Source: a bacterium (GTDB lineage: Bacteria > Patescibacteriota > Minisyncoccia > Phycocordibacterales > UBA9973). Taken from it: DNA of 64,000 nt. A model generated the notes under the pieces. It saw only the letters and a program-made list of their open reading frames with translations, did no database searches and was not told the origin of the DNA. Location of the stretch: positions 78,607 through 142,606 of the forward strand of contig JBAXXQ010000001.1 of the NCBI GenBank assembly GCA_037127795.1, in the 5' to 3' direction. The first letter of the stretch is position 1. Each line of letters opens with the position of its first letter. The position numbers and the translations under genes were made by a program. Below are positions 1 to 9,300 of the stretch, one piece after another.

Positions 1-2
1 TG

Positions 3-173
3 ATACAAGGTGAACCTATTACAGTGTCTTGTAATCTTCGATATGTGCTCGATATGTTTCAATCTATTGCAAGTGATAGTGTAAGTCTCTCATTTACTGA
101 ACCTACACGACCTATTATTAGTCGTGGTACATCAGACAACTCTTTCTTGTATCTCTTGATGCCAACTCGCTAA
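3..173 (+). CDS. dnaN: DNA polymerase III beta clamp, C-terminal fragment (gene begins before the window)
   Basis: Hand translation IQGEPITVSCNLRYVLDMFQSIASDSVSLSFTEPTRPIISRGTSDNSFLYLLMPTR* fits the DnaN C-terminus (N.RY.LD...F.YL.MP.R). Confidence 0.9.
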   Translation: MQGEPITVSCNLRYVLDMFQSIASDSVSLSFTEPTRPIISRGTSDNSFLYLLMPTR

Positions 174-174
174 T

Positions 175-423
175 ATGAACAATCTTTTTTCTTCTCTTTT
201 AGAGCAGATAAAACAAAATTATAAAAATAAGGCTACTACCTCAACCGAAATAACATCACTCGTAAGTGATGTTATCGGGTTTCAACTACAAGAGAAAGAT
301 ATAAAAATTTCTCAAGGAGTTTTGTATATTACTGTTTCTCCAACTATCAAGTCTACTGTTATGCAACACAAAAAAGAATTACTTGAAAAGCTTGCTTCGT
401 GGGGTGTTAGTGCTATTCGGTAA
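175..423 (+). CDS. Small protein, possibly DciA/DUF721-like
   Basis: 82 aa directly after dnaN; GVLYITVSP...KKELLEKL resembles DUF721. Confidence 0.45.
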   Translation: MNNLFSSLLEQIKQNYKNKATTSTEITSLVSDVIGFQLQEKDIKISQGVLYITVSPTIKSTVMQHKKELLEKLASWGVSAIR

Positions 424-2908
424 AAGTAACTGCCTGTGTTGCCTGAAGTGTGTTGAGGAGATTATCTGTTGCTAGTGCTTTGATAGTATAAGATCCTGCA
501 CTATAGCCATATTCTTTTGGTGTAAAAGAGAATTTGAATGGTGATTGTAATGTGGTGAGATAATTATCATTGATATAAATATCTGCCGCTGTTACAGGAT
601 GAGGACTATCTTTTGTTTGTAAGAATATTGTTTGTGTACTTGTAGTAGGGAAGCTGTTGGGAAGGTTTTGGAATGTGACAGCAGTAGTATTTATTCCTGT
701 GTGTACAGTATCGTATCCTTTCGGAATATCTGCGTATGATGTTGTTTGGTAGTTTCCTTTATGATTTTCCCACCATGTTTGTACTGCTGGTTCCCAAAGT
801 CTAAATTCTGGATCACTATTTGGATTTGTTGGTGCTGGTCCTGTTGGATCATCTTTGTTTACCCAATACAAAATATCATGCACGCTAGTAATTATTTTTT
901 CTATACGAGATTCTGTTGGTGTTGCGTCTGTTGCGCGTTGTCCACTTGTTTTATCAATCCATACAGATTCATTACCAAGCCAACTTCCACGAAGTACTGG
1001 TTTTAATGAATTGTAATTATCTGGTGGAATAGGTTTTTCAAACGTAGTATGAGGAGTGTTTGGAAGTATACTTGTCATAAAGGTTTTCCATATAGGACCA
1101 GATACCGCAGAACCTCCAGATTTCATTTTTGAGTTGTCATTATTTCCTGACCAAACACCAACAGTAATATCTGGTGTATAGCCAATAATCCACGCATCAT
1201 GATCATCATTTGTAGTACCTGTTTTTACTGCAACACCAGGGATAGTAATTCCTGTACCAAATGTAGGGACACGAGGCGCTGGATCACTAAGTACATCATT
1301 GAGTGTTTTTATTGCATTGGGATCATACACTTCAGTATGTTTATCGGTGAAGTTTTCTACAGTGTTTCCTTCGCTATCTTTTATAGAAAGTATTCCTGTT
1401 GCTTCATTTCTTGTACCATTATTTGCAAATACACTATAGGCACTAGTCATATCAAGAAGGGTGACTTCGCCTCCTCCAAGCACAAGAGAAAGTCCATAGT
1501 TTGCTGGATCGGTAAGGGTGGTAATACCGAGACTTTGTGCTGTTTGTAATGCAGTATTGAGCCCTACAAGATATAGTAATTTTACCGCTGGAACGTTTCG
1601 TGATTCTGCGAGCGCAGAGCGGAGATTGATAGGTCCTTTGAATTTATTATCAAAGTCATCAGGGTTGTAACATTCTGTTTGCGCGTGTCCTGGAAGAGGT
1701 TTTTCATCTGCGGTACAGTTGGTAGAAAATTCTGTTGGCACATCAAAAAGTACTGTGTCCGGGGTATACCCCTTTTCAAATGCAGAAAGATAAATAAATG
1801 GTTTGAATGATGAACCTGGTTGTCGCTTTGCTGTTGCTATGTTGTATGCACCATCTATTGTTTTATCAAAATAATTTTTTGATCCAACCATAGCAAGAAT
1901 TTGTCCAGTCTTTGGATCTATTGCTACAAGACCACTATTTGAAGCGTTATATTTTGTTTTGTTTTGATCTGCATATTGCGCAATAGTCTGTTCTGCTTGT
2001 TGCTGCATAGTATAATCAAGAGTTGTTTGGATAGTGTAGCCACCGTTTTCCATAACATCAGCACCGTATTTTTGTTCTAGATAATCAAGAATATAAAATA
2101 CAAAATGTGGTGCTTTGATACTGTTTGCTGCAGCAATATTGAATACCACTTTTTCTTTTTTTGCTTGATCATATTGTGCTTGAGTAATATATTTTTGCTC
2201 AAGCATTTTTTTCAATGTAAGATTTTTTCTATCTTCAAGTGCTTGTCTATTTTTTCCAAAAGGGGAGTAGTATGTTGGTGCATTTGGAATAGAAGCAAGA
2301 TATGCAGACTCTGCTATATCGAGATCTTTTGAATGTTTACTAAAGAATGCCTCACTAGCTTCTTCTATACCATATATAGTCCCTCCGTATGGTGCATCGT
2401 TGAGATATATGGTAAGAATTTGATCTTTACTCATTTGTCTTTCGAGACGTACAGCAAGTACCCATTCTTTTAATTTACGAACAACGTTTTTATTAGAGTT
2501 CAAGAGAGTATTTTTTACTACTTGTTGAGTAAGTGTAGAGCCACCTTGAGAAAAGCTTCCGTGAATTACATTACTGAGCATTGCTCGGATAATAGAAGTT
2601 ATTTTGATACCACCATGAGTATAGAATTGTGCATCTTCTATAGAAATAACTGCGTGTTTTACATTATCTCCCATTTGATCAAAAGGGATCTGGGTGCGAC
2701 GAACACTTTGATGAATATCGTACAACATCACTGTACCGGTACGGTCGGTGATTTTTGAAGAGTTTGCTATTTTGCGAGCTTCAAATGTAGACATATCGGG
2801 GAGTTGTATAGTACTTGCCCAAATAAACACTGTTCCTATAAAAAATAACCCTACAGCACCTATAATAATAAGTATTTTCTTGATAGTTTTGAATGAAATT
2901 TTCTTCAT
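413..2908 (-). CDS. Class A penicillin-binding protein (transglycosylase/transpeptidase) with C-terminal Ig-like domain
   Basis: N-terminal TM; EDAQFYTHGG and GGSTLTQQVVKN glycosyltransferase motifs; SSFK, SRN and KTGT transpeptidase motifs. Confidence 0.95.
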   Translation of the reverse strand: MKKISFKTIKKILIIIGAVGLFFIGTVFIWASTIQLPDMSTFEARKIANSSKITDRTGTVMLYDIHQSVRRTQIPFDQMGDNVKHAVISIEDAQFYTHGGIKITSIIRAMLSNVIHGSFSQGGSTLTQQVVKNTLLNSNKNVVRKLKEWVLAVRLERQMSKDQILTIYLNDAPYGGTIYGIEEASEAFFSKHSKDLDIAESAYLASIPNAPTYYSPFGKNRQALEDRKNLTLKKMLEQKYITQAQYDQAKKEKVVFNIAAANSIKAPHFVFYILDYLEQKYGADVMENGGYTIQTTLDYTMQQQAEQTIAQYADQNKTKYNASNSGLVAIDPKTGQILAMVGSKNYFDKTIDGAYNIATAKRQPGSSFKPFIYLSAFEKGYTPDTVLFDVPTEFSTNCTADEKPLPGHAQTECYNPDDFDNKFKGPINLRSALAESRNVPAVKLLYLVGLNTALQTAQSLGITTLTDPANYGLSLVLGGGEVTLLDMTSAYSVFANNGTRNEATGILSIKDSEGNTVENFTDKHTEVYDPNAIKTLNDVLSDPAPRVPTFGTGITIPGVAVKTGTTNDDHDAWIIGYTPDITVGVWSGNNDNSKMKSGGSAVSGPIWKTFMTSILPNTPHTTFEKPIPPDNYNSLKPVLRGSWLGNESVWIDKTSGQRATDATPTESRIEKIITSVHDILYWVNKDDPTGPAPTNPNSDPEFRLWEPAVQTWWENHKGNYQTTSYADIPKGYDTVHTGINTTAVTFQNLPNSFPTTSTQTIFLQTKDSPHPVTAADIYINDNYLTTLQSPFKFSFTPKEYGYSAGSYTIKALATDNLLNTLQATQAVTFTE

Positions 2909-2968
2909 ACTAGTATCATAGAAGAAAAACTTTAAAAAACAAAGTGAAAATGCTATTATGCCAATATA

Positions 2969-4174
2969 ATGAATAACTCAAAAGATACCCAAGAGAAAAT
3001 CAGTACCCTAATAGAAAAAGGGGTTTCTGAAATTTTACCAAGTAAAAAATTCCTTGAATCACTTTTAATACAAGATAAAAAGCTTCGTATATATGCAGGA
3101 TTTGATCCGACAGGGCCAACACTTCACCTCGGACACACTATTCAGCTTCGCAAGTTGCGACATTTCCAAGATCTCGGTCATGAAATAATCTTTTTAATAG
3201 GAGATTTTACTGCACGCATTGGAGACCCTACAGACAAGACTGCCGCACGCAAACAACTCACTGAAAAAGAAATAAAAACAAATTTGAAATTGTACAAAAA
3301 ACAAGCAGAAAAATTTATTAGCTTTTCTGGAAGAAATGGTGCAAAAATAAAATTCAATAATGACTGGCTCGGTAAAATGAAGTTTGCAGATGTGCTCGAA
3401 CTTGCAAGTCATATGACTGTAGATCAAATGCTCAAGCGCGATATGTTTGCTCGTCGTATCGAAGAAGAAAAGCCAATTTATATTCACGAATTTATGTATC
3501 CACTCATGCAAGGATACGATAGTGTCTATATGCAAGTAGATGGAGAAGTAGGGGGGAATGACCAGCTTTTCAACATGCTCGCAGGACGCACACTTCTTAA
3601 ACAATTGAAAAATAAAGAGAAATTTGTTATCACTACAAAACTCCTCGAAGATGCGAATGGTAAAAAAATGGGAAAGACCGAAGGTAATATGGTGTCTCTC
3701 ATTGATACCCCAGAAGATATGTATGGCAAAATAATGTCTTGGACAGATGGGCTTATGGTTCCAGGTTTTGAGCTTTGTACTGATTTGAGTATGGGTGAAA
3801 TTGCTGATATTACAAAAGAATTAGAAAATGGTGCACATCCTCGCACTATCAAAATGTGTCTTGCATACGAAATTACAAAATCTATTCATGGGGAAAAAAG
3901 TGCACAGCAAGCACAAGATAATTTTGTAAGTATGTTTCAAAAAAAAGAAATTCCTACTGATGCGCAAAAGATAAATATACAAAACAAAACACTTGAAGAG
4001 ATTCTTATAGAAAACAACCTTCTTACTTCAAAAGGGGAAGTGCGACGTATGCTCGAAAGTGGTGCTATAAAAAATCTTTCAACAGACACAGTATTAAAAA
4101 ACGAAGATGCAAAAAGTATTCCAGGACAAGGAGTATATAAAATAGGAAAAGCAAAGTTTATAGAGTTTGTATAA
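2969..4174 (+). CDS. tyrS: Tyrosine--tRNA ligase
   Basis: GFDPTGPTLHLGH, YPLMQGYD, GGNDQ, KMGKT; C-terminal S4-like domain. Confidence 0.97.
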   Translation: MNNSKDTQEKISTLIEKGVSEILPSKKFLESLLIQDKKLRIYAGFDPTGPTLHLGHTIQLRKLRHFQDLGHEIIFLIGDFTARIGDPTDKTAARKQLTEKEIKTNLKLYKKQAEKFISFSGRNGAKIKFNNDWLGKMKFADVLELASHMTVDQMLKRDMFARRIEEEKPIYIHEFMYPLMQGYDSVYMQVDGEVGGNDQLFNMLAGRTLLKQLKNKEKFVITTKLLEDANGKKMGKTEGNMVSLIDTPEDMYGKIMSWTDGLMVPGFELCTDLSMGEIADITKELENGAHPRTIKMCLAYEITKSIHGEKSAQQAQDNFVSMFQKKEIPTDAQKINIQNKTLEEILIENNLLTSKGEVRRMLESGAIKNLSTDTVLKNEDAKSIPGQGVYKIGKAKFIEFV

Positions 4175-4176
4175 AT

Positions 4177-4207
4177 AAAAAACCCCGAGAGTCTCGGGTT
4201 TTTTTTG
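4177..4207. terminator. Bidirectional intrinsic terminator
   Basis: A-run, CCCGAGA/TCTCGGG stem, T-run between convergent genes. Confidence 0.8.
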
Positions 4208-4214
4208 TATGGTT

Positions 4215-4580
4215 TTAAAAATTATTTATTTCTCTAAATAATCTTTCAGTAGATTTTGCTCCGGTATTGCATATAGCAAGATCAAAACCACTCGTGTTTG
4301 CTGGAGAAAAACCAGCAGAATAAAGAATTACTTTTGTTTCTGGGTGTTTTTCTTTTGCACCCTTTAAAAGTAGTAATGAGGCACTGGTTGGGTTGTCTGA
4401 TTCTCCACCAGCAACAATAGAACTTGTAATAACAAGACAGTTTTTACCGACTAAGCCTACTGCTTGTTTCCAGTTTTGTGCATATACAACTTCTAGGTGT
4501 GGACATGTATGCTCAATTCGGTCTTTTACTGCTTCAAAATATAAGAAGCTTTCTGCGCAAAGAATAACTAATTTTTTCAT
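4215..4580 (-). CDS. Degenerate stand-alone receiver (CheY-like) domain protein
   Basis: Secondary-structure pattern of a REC domain (EVVYAQNWKQAV, LVITS, KEKHPETKVILYSA) without the acidic pocket residues. Confidence 0.55.
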   Translation of the reverse strand: MKKLVILCAESFLYFEAVKDRIEHTCPHLEVVYAQNWKQAVGLVGKNCLVITSSIVAGGESDNPTSASLLLLKGAKEKHPETKVILYSAGFSPANTSGFDLAICNTGAKSTERLFREINNF

Positions 4581-4624
4581 TGTATTTTTTTCTATACAAT
4601 ACTTTATTCAAAAATAAAGTCAAA

Positions 4625-4774
4625 TTATTTCAACCCGAAAAGTTTGCCGAGGAGATCTGTCCAAGTCTTTTGAAATAAGGTTACAAAGAGAAAACCAGGG
4701 ACAAAAAAGACACTTACCAATATAAAAAGTATAAGGTCGAATATAAAAGCAATAATGTCTTCGGCTGATTTCAC
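4625..4774 (-). CDS. 49-aa membrane protein (not in the ORF track)
   Basis: GTG start; MKSAEDIIAFIFDLILFILVSVFFVPGFLFVTLFQKTWTDLLGKLFGLK*; TAGTAT -10 just upstream. Confidence 0.6.
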   Translation of the reverse strand: MKSAEDIIAFIFDLILFILVSVFFVPGFLFVTLFQKTWTDLLGKLFGLK

Positions 4775-4859
4775 TACTCGTATACTACAAAAAATGACGA
4801 AATGGTCAAATTATGGTGGAAAACACATGTTACAAAAAGTCGTGGTATTATAGATATAT

Positions 4860-5786
4860 ATGACGATAGTAATTACTGGAGGATCGGGGTTCGTAGGGAC
4901 AAAGCTTTCAAAAAAGCTTTTAGATAAAGGCTATACAGTGATTGTGGTAGATTTGCATGCACCAACATTTACCAATGAAAAACTATTTTTTATTCCACTT
5001 GATCTTACCAAGTCTATTATTCCTTTTGGTGTTCTCGAACATGCAGATGCAGTAGTCAATCTTTCAGGTGCTCCTATTTCTCAAAAATGGAACGAAGAAG
5101 TACAAAAGGTTATTTATGATAGTCGCATCGAAAGTACTAAACATGTAGTACAAAGCTTTGAAGCAACACATGCTCGCCCAGGAGTACTAGTAAATGCTTC
5201 TGCTATAGGATTTTATGGGGAAACAGGAGAAAGTATTTCTGATGAAAAAACACCTGCAGGAAAAGGGTTTTTGGCAAAAGTAGTTACTGATTGGGAAAAC
5301 GAAGCAAATAAAGCAAGTGCATTTGGGGTACGAGTAGTATTGGTACGTACTGCGCCAGTGCTTGGTTTAGGGGGGATGCTTGCGCTCTATACACAGACAG
5401 CACGGTTTGGATTTTTGCTCGGTCTACAAAAAGATTTTATGCTTTCATGGATCCATGTAGATGATCTTGTAGATGCATATATTTTTGCAATTGAAACCTC
5501 AACCGTACAGGGAGTAATAAATGCTGCTGCTCCAGAGACAACAAGTTATAAAAAATTGATGCTCGCACTTTCACACACTATCCACCGTCGTGCGTTTTTC
5601 TTTATTCCAAAAAAGCTCGCGCTCTATGTATTTGGTGTTGATGGGTATGAAGAGTTGACTGTAAACCAGCTCGCCAAGCCAAGTAGATTGCTTGATAAGG
5701 GGTTCGTATTTACTTATCCGACACTACAAGGTGCTCTCACACAAATATATCCAGTAGTACAAAAAAACCATGAAAAGAGTAGATAG
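4860..5786 (+). CDS. TIGR01777-family NAD-dependent epimerase/oxidoreductase
   Basis: ITGGSGFVG, VVNLSGAPI, SAIGFYG, SWIHVDD, GFVFTYP. Confidence 0.9.
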   Translation: MTIVITGGSGFVGTKLSKKLLDKGYTVIVVDLHAPTFTNEKLFFIPLDLTKSIIPFGVLEHADAVVNLSGAPISQKWNEEVQKVIYDSRIESTKHVVQSFEATHARPGVLVNASAIGFYGETGESISDEKTPAGKGFLAKVVTDWENEANKASAFGVRVVLVRTAPVLGLGGMLALYTQTARFGFLLGLQKDFMLSWIHVDDLVDAYIFAIETSTVQGVINAAAPETTSYKKLMLALSHTIHRRAFFFIPKKLALYVFGVDGYEELTVNQLAKPSRLLDKGFVFTYPTLQGALTQIYPVVQKNHEKSR

Positions 5787-6645
5787 TGTAGTACAACCAA
5801 GTGCCGGATACGAACTTATCGATTGTGGTAATGGACGCAAGTTAGAACAATTTGGCGAACTTGTTCTCGATAGACCAGATCCTCAGGCACTTTGGCAAAA
5901 AACAGACAAGTCTCTTTGGGTGCGCGCTGATGGGCAATTCCTTTGGAAAGAAAGTGGTGAACGGTGGAAAATGCAGCAAGGCATCGCAGACTCTTGGCAT
6001 ATGGCGTATGCAGATATGGTTTTTTCTCTTTCAACAAAAGGATTCAAACATGTAGGGATTTTTCCAGAACATATTGCGCAATGGGAAGAATTGTACACAC
6101 TCGGCAAAAAATATGCGAATACCAAGCAACCATTAAAAATGCTTAATTTGTTTGGCTATACTGGCGCCGCAAGTGTCGCAGGATCTCTCGCTGGTATGCA
6201 GGTGACTCACGTAGACGCATCAAAAACAACTATACTCACAGTCCGAGAAAATATGGAGCTCTCAGGACTCAAACAAGATGCAATGCGTATTATTTGTGAA
6301 GATGCATTTCTCTATGTGAAGCGTTTGGTGAAAAGAGGGGAGCAGTTTGATGTTATTGTGATGGATCCACCAGCTTTTGGTCGTGGACCAAAAGGCGAAG
6401 TATGGAAAATAGAAGAATCTCTCACCGAGTTTCTCGCACTTCTTCCATCTATTGTTTCACCTAGTGCAAAACTTGTTATTTTAAATGGATACGCAGCAGG
6501 GTACAGTGCTCGCACATTTGGTGAACTTCTCGGCGAATCTCTCAAAGATAAAAAAGGTGAAATAATATATGGCGATATTGGTATGCAACAAAAAAATACC
6601 GATCGTGTGCTCACAACCGGTATTTATGCGAAATGGGTTAAGTAA
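5770..6645 (+). CDS. Class I SAM-dependent methyltransferase (RlmI/YwbD-like)
   Basis: YELIDCGNGRKLEQFG, LNLFGYTG, HVDAS, MDPPAFGRG. Confidence 0.9.
   Translation: MKRVDSVVQPSAGYELIDCGNGRKLEQFGELVLDRPDPQALWQKTDKSLWVRADGQFLWKESGERWKMQQGIADSWHMAYADMVFSLSTKGFKHVGIFPEHIAQWEELYTLGKKYANTKQPLKMLNLFGYTGAASVAGSLAGMQVTHVDASKTTILTVRENMELSGLKQDAMRIICEDAFLYVKRLVKRGEQFDVIVMDPPAFGRGPKGEVWKIEESLTEFLALLPSIVSPSAKLVILNGYAAGYSARTFGELLGESLKDKKGEIIYGDIGMQQKNTDRVLTTGIYAKWVK
6586..6645 (+). repeat. 60-bp direct repeat, copy 1 (3' end of the methyltransferase gene)
   Basis: 57/60 identical to 8235-8294. Confidence 0.95.
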
Positions 6646-6660
6646 ATTTTTTATATATAA

Positions 6661-6688
6661 AAAAAACCACGATACGTTCGTGGTTTTT
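6661..6688. terminator. Bidirectional terminator
   Basis: AAAAACCACGA/TCGTGGTTTTT stem between convergent genes. Confidence 0.75.
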
Positions 6689-6693
6689 AGTTT

Positions 6694-7326
6694 TTAACTA
6701 GCAATACCTAAATAGGGTACATGGTTACCGAAATGGTCAATACAAAAAGTATCAATAGTGTCATTTTTTGGTATTTCACGATATGCAGGTATCGGACAAA
6801 TTCCAATACTTGAATCATTAGTTTTTAAATACCTGGTAACACCAGCACTACTAGTTGATCTTCCTTCGTTTTGTAATGCGCGTACGAGAACCCCATCAAC
6901 ACCATATTCTGTTAGTAATTTTGGTAAATCAATAACAGTAGACCCATCATCGACAACTGATATAACAATAGGAATATTCAAATCCTTTGCTTTTTGTATT
7001 GCATTTTTTGCCATATCATTAGTAAATTTATTTAAACTTATTTCAACCCTAGTAAGACCAGATCTTACGGATGCTTTGGTAGCGCATAAAACAGAAACAC
7101 GCTTACCTAGATTAAATATTTTTTCTAATAATTCATCAAAACCTACAAACAATCCAGTTTCTCCGTTGCTTGTTAGATACACCTCATCACAAGAGGGGAG
7201 CTCTTTCAAAACAGTAGCTATTACTTTTTCTGAATCTCCTTCGTTGTGTTTTGGTGTTCTACAAAAACTACAACCAAGTGGGCATGGTGCTGGCAGTTGT
7301 ACTGCCAAAATCTTTTGCTTTTTCAT
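6694..7326 (-). CDS. Small radical SAM protein
   Basis: CPLGCSFC (CxxxCxxC) near the N-terminus; LTSNGE in place of the GGE motif; VEISLN strand. Confidence 0.8.
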   Translation of the reverse strand: MKKQKILAVQLPAPCPLGCSFCRTPKHNEGDSEKVIATVLKELPSCDEVYLTSNGETGLFVGFDELLEKIFNLGKRVSVLCATKASVRSGLTRVEISLNKFTNDMAKNAIQKAKDLNIPIVISVVDDGSTVIDLPKLLTEYGVDGVLVRALQNEGRSTSSAGVTRYLKTNDSSIGICPIPAYREIPKNDTIDTFCIDHFGNHVPYLGIAS

Positions 7327-7373
7327 TTTTAATTATTTTTAATAGTACACAATATATTTATACTATATACTAT

Positions 7374-7400
7374 ACTGTATTGTTATATTTGCAATACAGT
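7374..7400. promoter_or_regulatory. Palindromic operator candidate between divergent genes
   Basis: ACTGTATTG-N9-CAATACAGT perfect inverted repeat. Confidence 0.65.
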
Positions 7401-7466
7401 TTTATATAATTTGACAAAAAGATATTATTTTATATATACTAAATACTGTTATTAACTATTAACAAC

Positions 7467-8228
7467 ATGATAGAAGAAACACTACAAAACATAGGGTTAA
7501 CTGATAAAGAAATTCAAGTTTTTTTAACAGTTTTTCAAAATAAAAGAATTTTACCAGCACGAATAAGTACACTGTCTGGTATTAATCGTTCTACGGTATA
7601 TGTAATTGGGGAAAAACTAGAAAAAGAAGGACTTATTACTATCGATTACGGAAATAGTAGTAGATATTTTGTTGCACCTGATATACAAGATTTGGAAAAA
7701 CAACTAAAACAAGAAGAAGAAAAACTTCAAAAAAAAGAGCAGTCTTATAAAAATTTACTCAAAGAGCTTAAAAATTTACCTGTTACTGGAAAATATTCAG
7801 TACCAAAAATTCGTTTTATAGCAGAACATCAATTAAAAGATTTTCTTATTAAAGAATCAGATAAATGGGCAAAAAGCGCTCTTTTATATGATAAAACATG
7901 GTGGGGGTATCAAGACCCTACACTACTCGAGCAATATGAATCTTGGCCTGATTATTTTTGGCCAAAATATAAGAACGACATCTTGATGAAAATTTTTACA
8001 AATAAAAAGATTATCGAAAAAAAGATTAGTAAAAAGAATTATTCAGGCAAGAGAATGATTAAATTCCTTGATCCTAAAAAACATGATTTTTCTGCAACAC
8101 AGGTAGTTGTTGGAGAATATATTCTTATGATAGTAACAAGAGAACATCCTCATTATTTAATAGAGATACACGATGCTGTTATGGCTCACAATCTTAGAGA
8201 ATCTTTTAAATTAATGTGGGGAGAATAG
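7467..8228 (+). CDS. TrmB-family transcriptional regulator
   Basis: LQNIGLTDKEIQVF...SGINRSTVY...LEKEGLI winged helix, coiled coil, C-terminal effector-type domain. Confidence 0.88.
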   Translation: MIEETLQNIGLTDKEIQVFLTVFQNKRILPARISTLSGINRSTVYVIGEKLEKEGLITIDYGNSSRYFVAPDIQDLEKQLKQEEEKLQKKEQSYKNLLKELKNLPVTGKYSVPKIRFIAEHQLKDFLIKESDKWAKSALLYDKTWWGYQDPTLLEQYESWPDYFWPKYKNDILMKIFTNKKIIEKKISKKNYSGKRMIKFLDPKKHDFSATQVVVGEYILMIVTREHPHYLIEIHDAVMAHNLRESFKLMWGE

Positions 8229-8234
8229 TGTGTA

Positions 8235-8294
8235 CAACAAAAAAATACCGATCGTGTGCTCACAACCGGTATTTATACGAAATGGGTAAAATAA
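8235..8294 (+). repeat. 60-bp direct repeat, copy 2 (orphaned 3' end of the methyltransferase gene)
   Basis: Translates QQKNTDRVLTTGIYTKWVK*; 3 mismatches to copy 1. Confidence 0.95.
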
Positions 8295-8585
8295 TTAAAC
8301 TTCTTCAATTTGAAATTCAGAAAAGTAAGCACTCGGGTTTAATTCTAAAGCTTCCAAAACTGCAAAGATTAGAATTTTTACCGTAATTGCATAACTAAAA
8401 TGTATTTCTACAGATAGTTCTTTTTGATCAGAATGATCTATCTTTTTTAGTTCAGGAAGAATACGCATTCCTACTGTTTGTAAAAAAGAAGCTTGAATAC
8501 TATCAAATAGTAACCTTTCCTTATTTTTTGGAATAAGTTTTTCAAAACATCGAGTTGTTACTCGTACATTGTCAGTAAATCTCAT
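8295..8585 (-). CDS. Hypothetical protein
   Basis: 96-aa ATG ORF with its own TTGACT promoter. Confidence 0.6.
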   Translation of the reverse strand: MRFTDNVRVTTRCFEKLIPKNKERLLFDSIQASFLQTVGMRILPELKKIDHSDQKELSVEIHFSYAITVKILIFAVLEALELNPSAYFSEFQIEEV

Positions 8586-8685
8586 ATATTATTTTTTTAT
8601 TAAAATACTCTTTATTAAAAATAAGTCAAGTTTTTTATACATGCTATAATTCATTCTGTTATAAGAATTAGAAAGTAATACAGAT

Positions 8686-9300
8686 ATGTCATTTTTAACA
8701 CAACTCAATTGGCGGTATGCCACAAAAAAGTTTGATACAGAAAAAAAGATATCAGACGAGCAATTACAAAAAATACAACAAGCTATCAAGATGGCGCCAA
8801 GCTCATTCGGATTGCAACCATTGCATGTATTGGTAATAACCAACTCAGAACTTCGTGAGCAATTGAAAGGTGCTTCATGGGGGCAGGGACAAGTAACTGA
8901 TGCGTCACATCTTTTTGTATTTTGCGCTCGTACAGACTTGCTTGCTCGTACCAATACTTTTTTTGAAGCAATATCTGGTGGCTCAGCAGAAGCTCGTGCA
9001 GGATTGAAAGGCTACGAAGAAATGATTACCAATACAGTAAATGCACTTTCTCCAGAAAAAGCACAACAATGGACTGCTCGCCAAGCATATATTGCGCTCG
9101 GTTTTGCTTTGGCTGCATGTGCAGAGCTCGAAATAGATTCTTGCCCAATGGAAGGATTTGATCCAGCACAATATCATCACATTCTCAATCTTCCAGAAGA
9201 TATGCAAGCAGTGCTTGTGCTCCCTGTAGGATTTCGTCACGCAGACGATGTTATTAGACCTAAATTTAGATTCAATGACATCTTCGAAACTCGCGCCTAA
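8686..9300 (+). CDS. NAD(P)H nitroreductase (NfsB-like)
   Basis: WRYATKKFD, APSSFGLQP, DSCPMEGFD. Confidence 0.93.
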   Translation: MSFLTQLNWRYATKKFDTEKKISDEQLQKIQQAIKMAPSSFGLQPLHVLVITNSELREQLKGASWGQGQVTDASHLFVFCARTDLLARTNTFFEAISGGSAEARAGLKGYEEMITNTVNALSPEKAQQWTARQAYIALGFALAACAELEIDSCPMEGFDPAQYHHILNLPEDMQAVLVLPVGFRHADDVIRPKFRFNDIFETRA

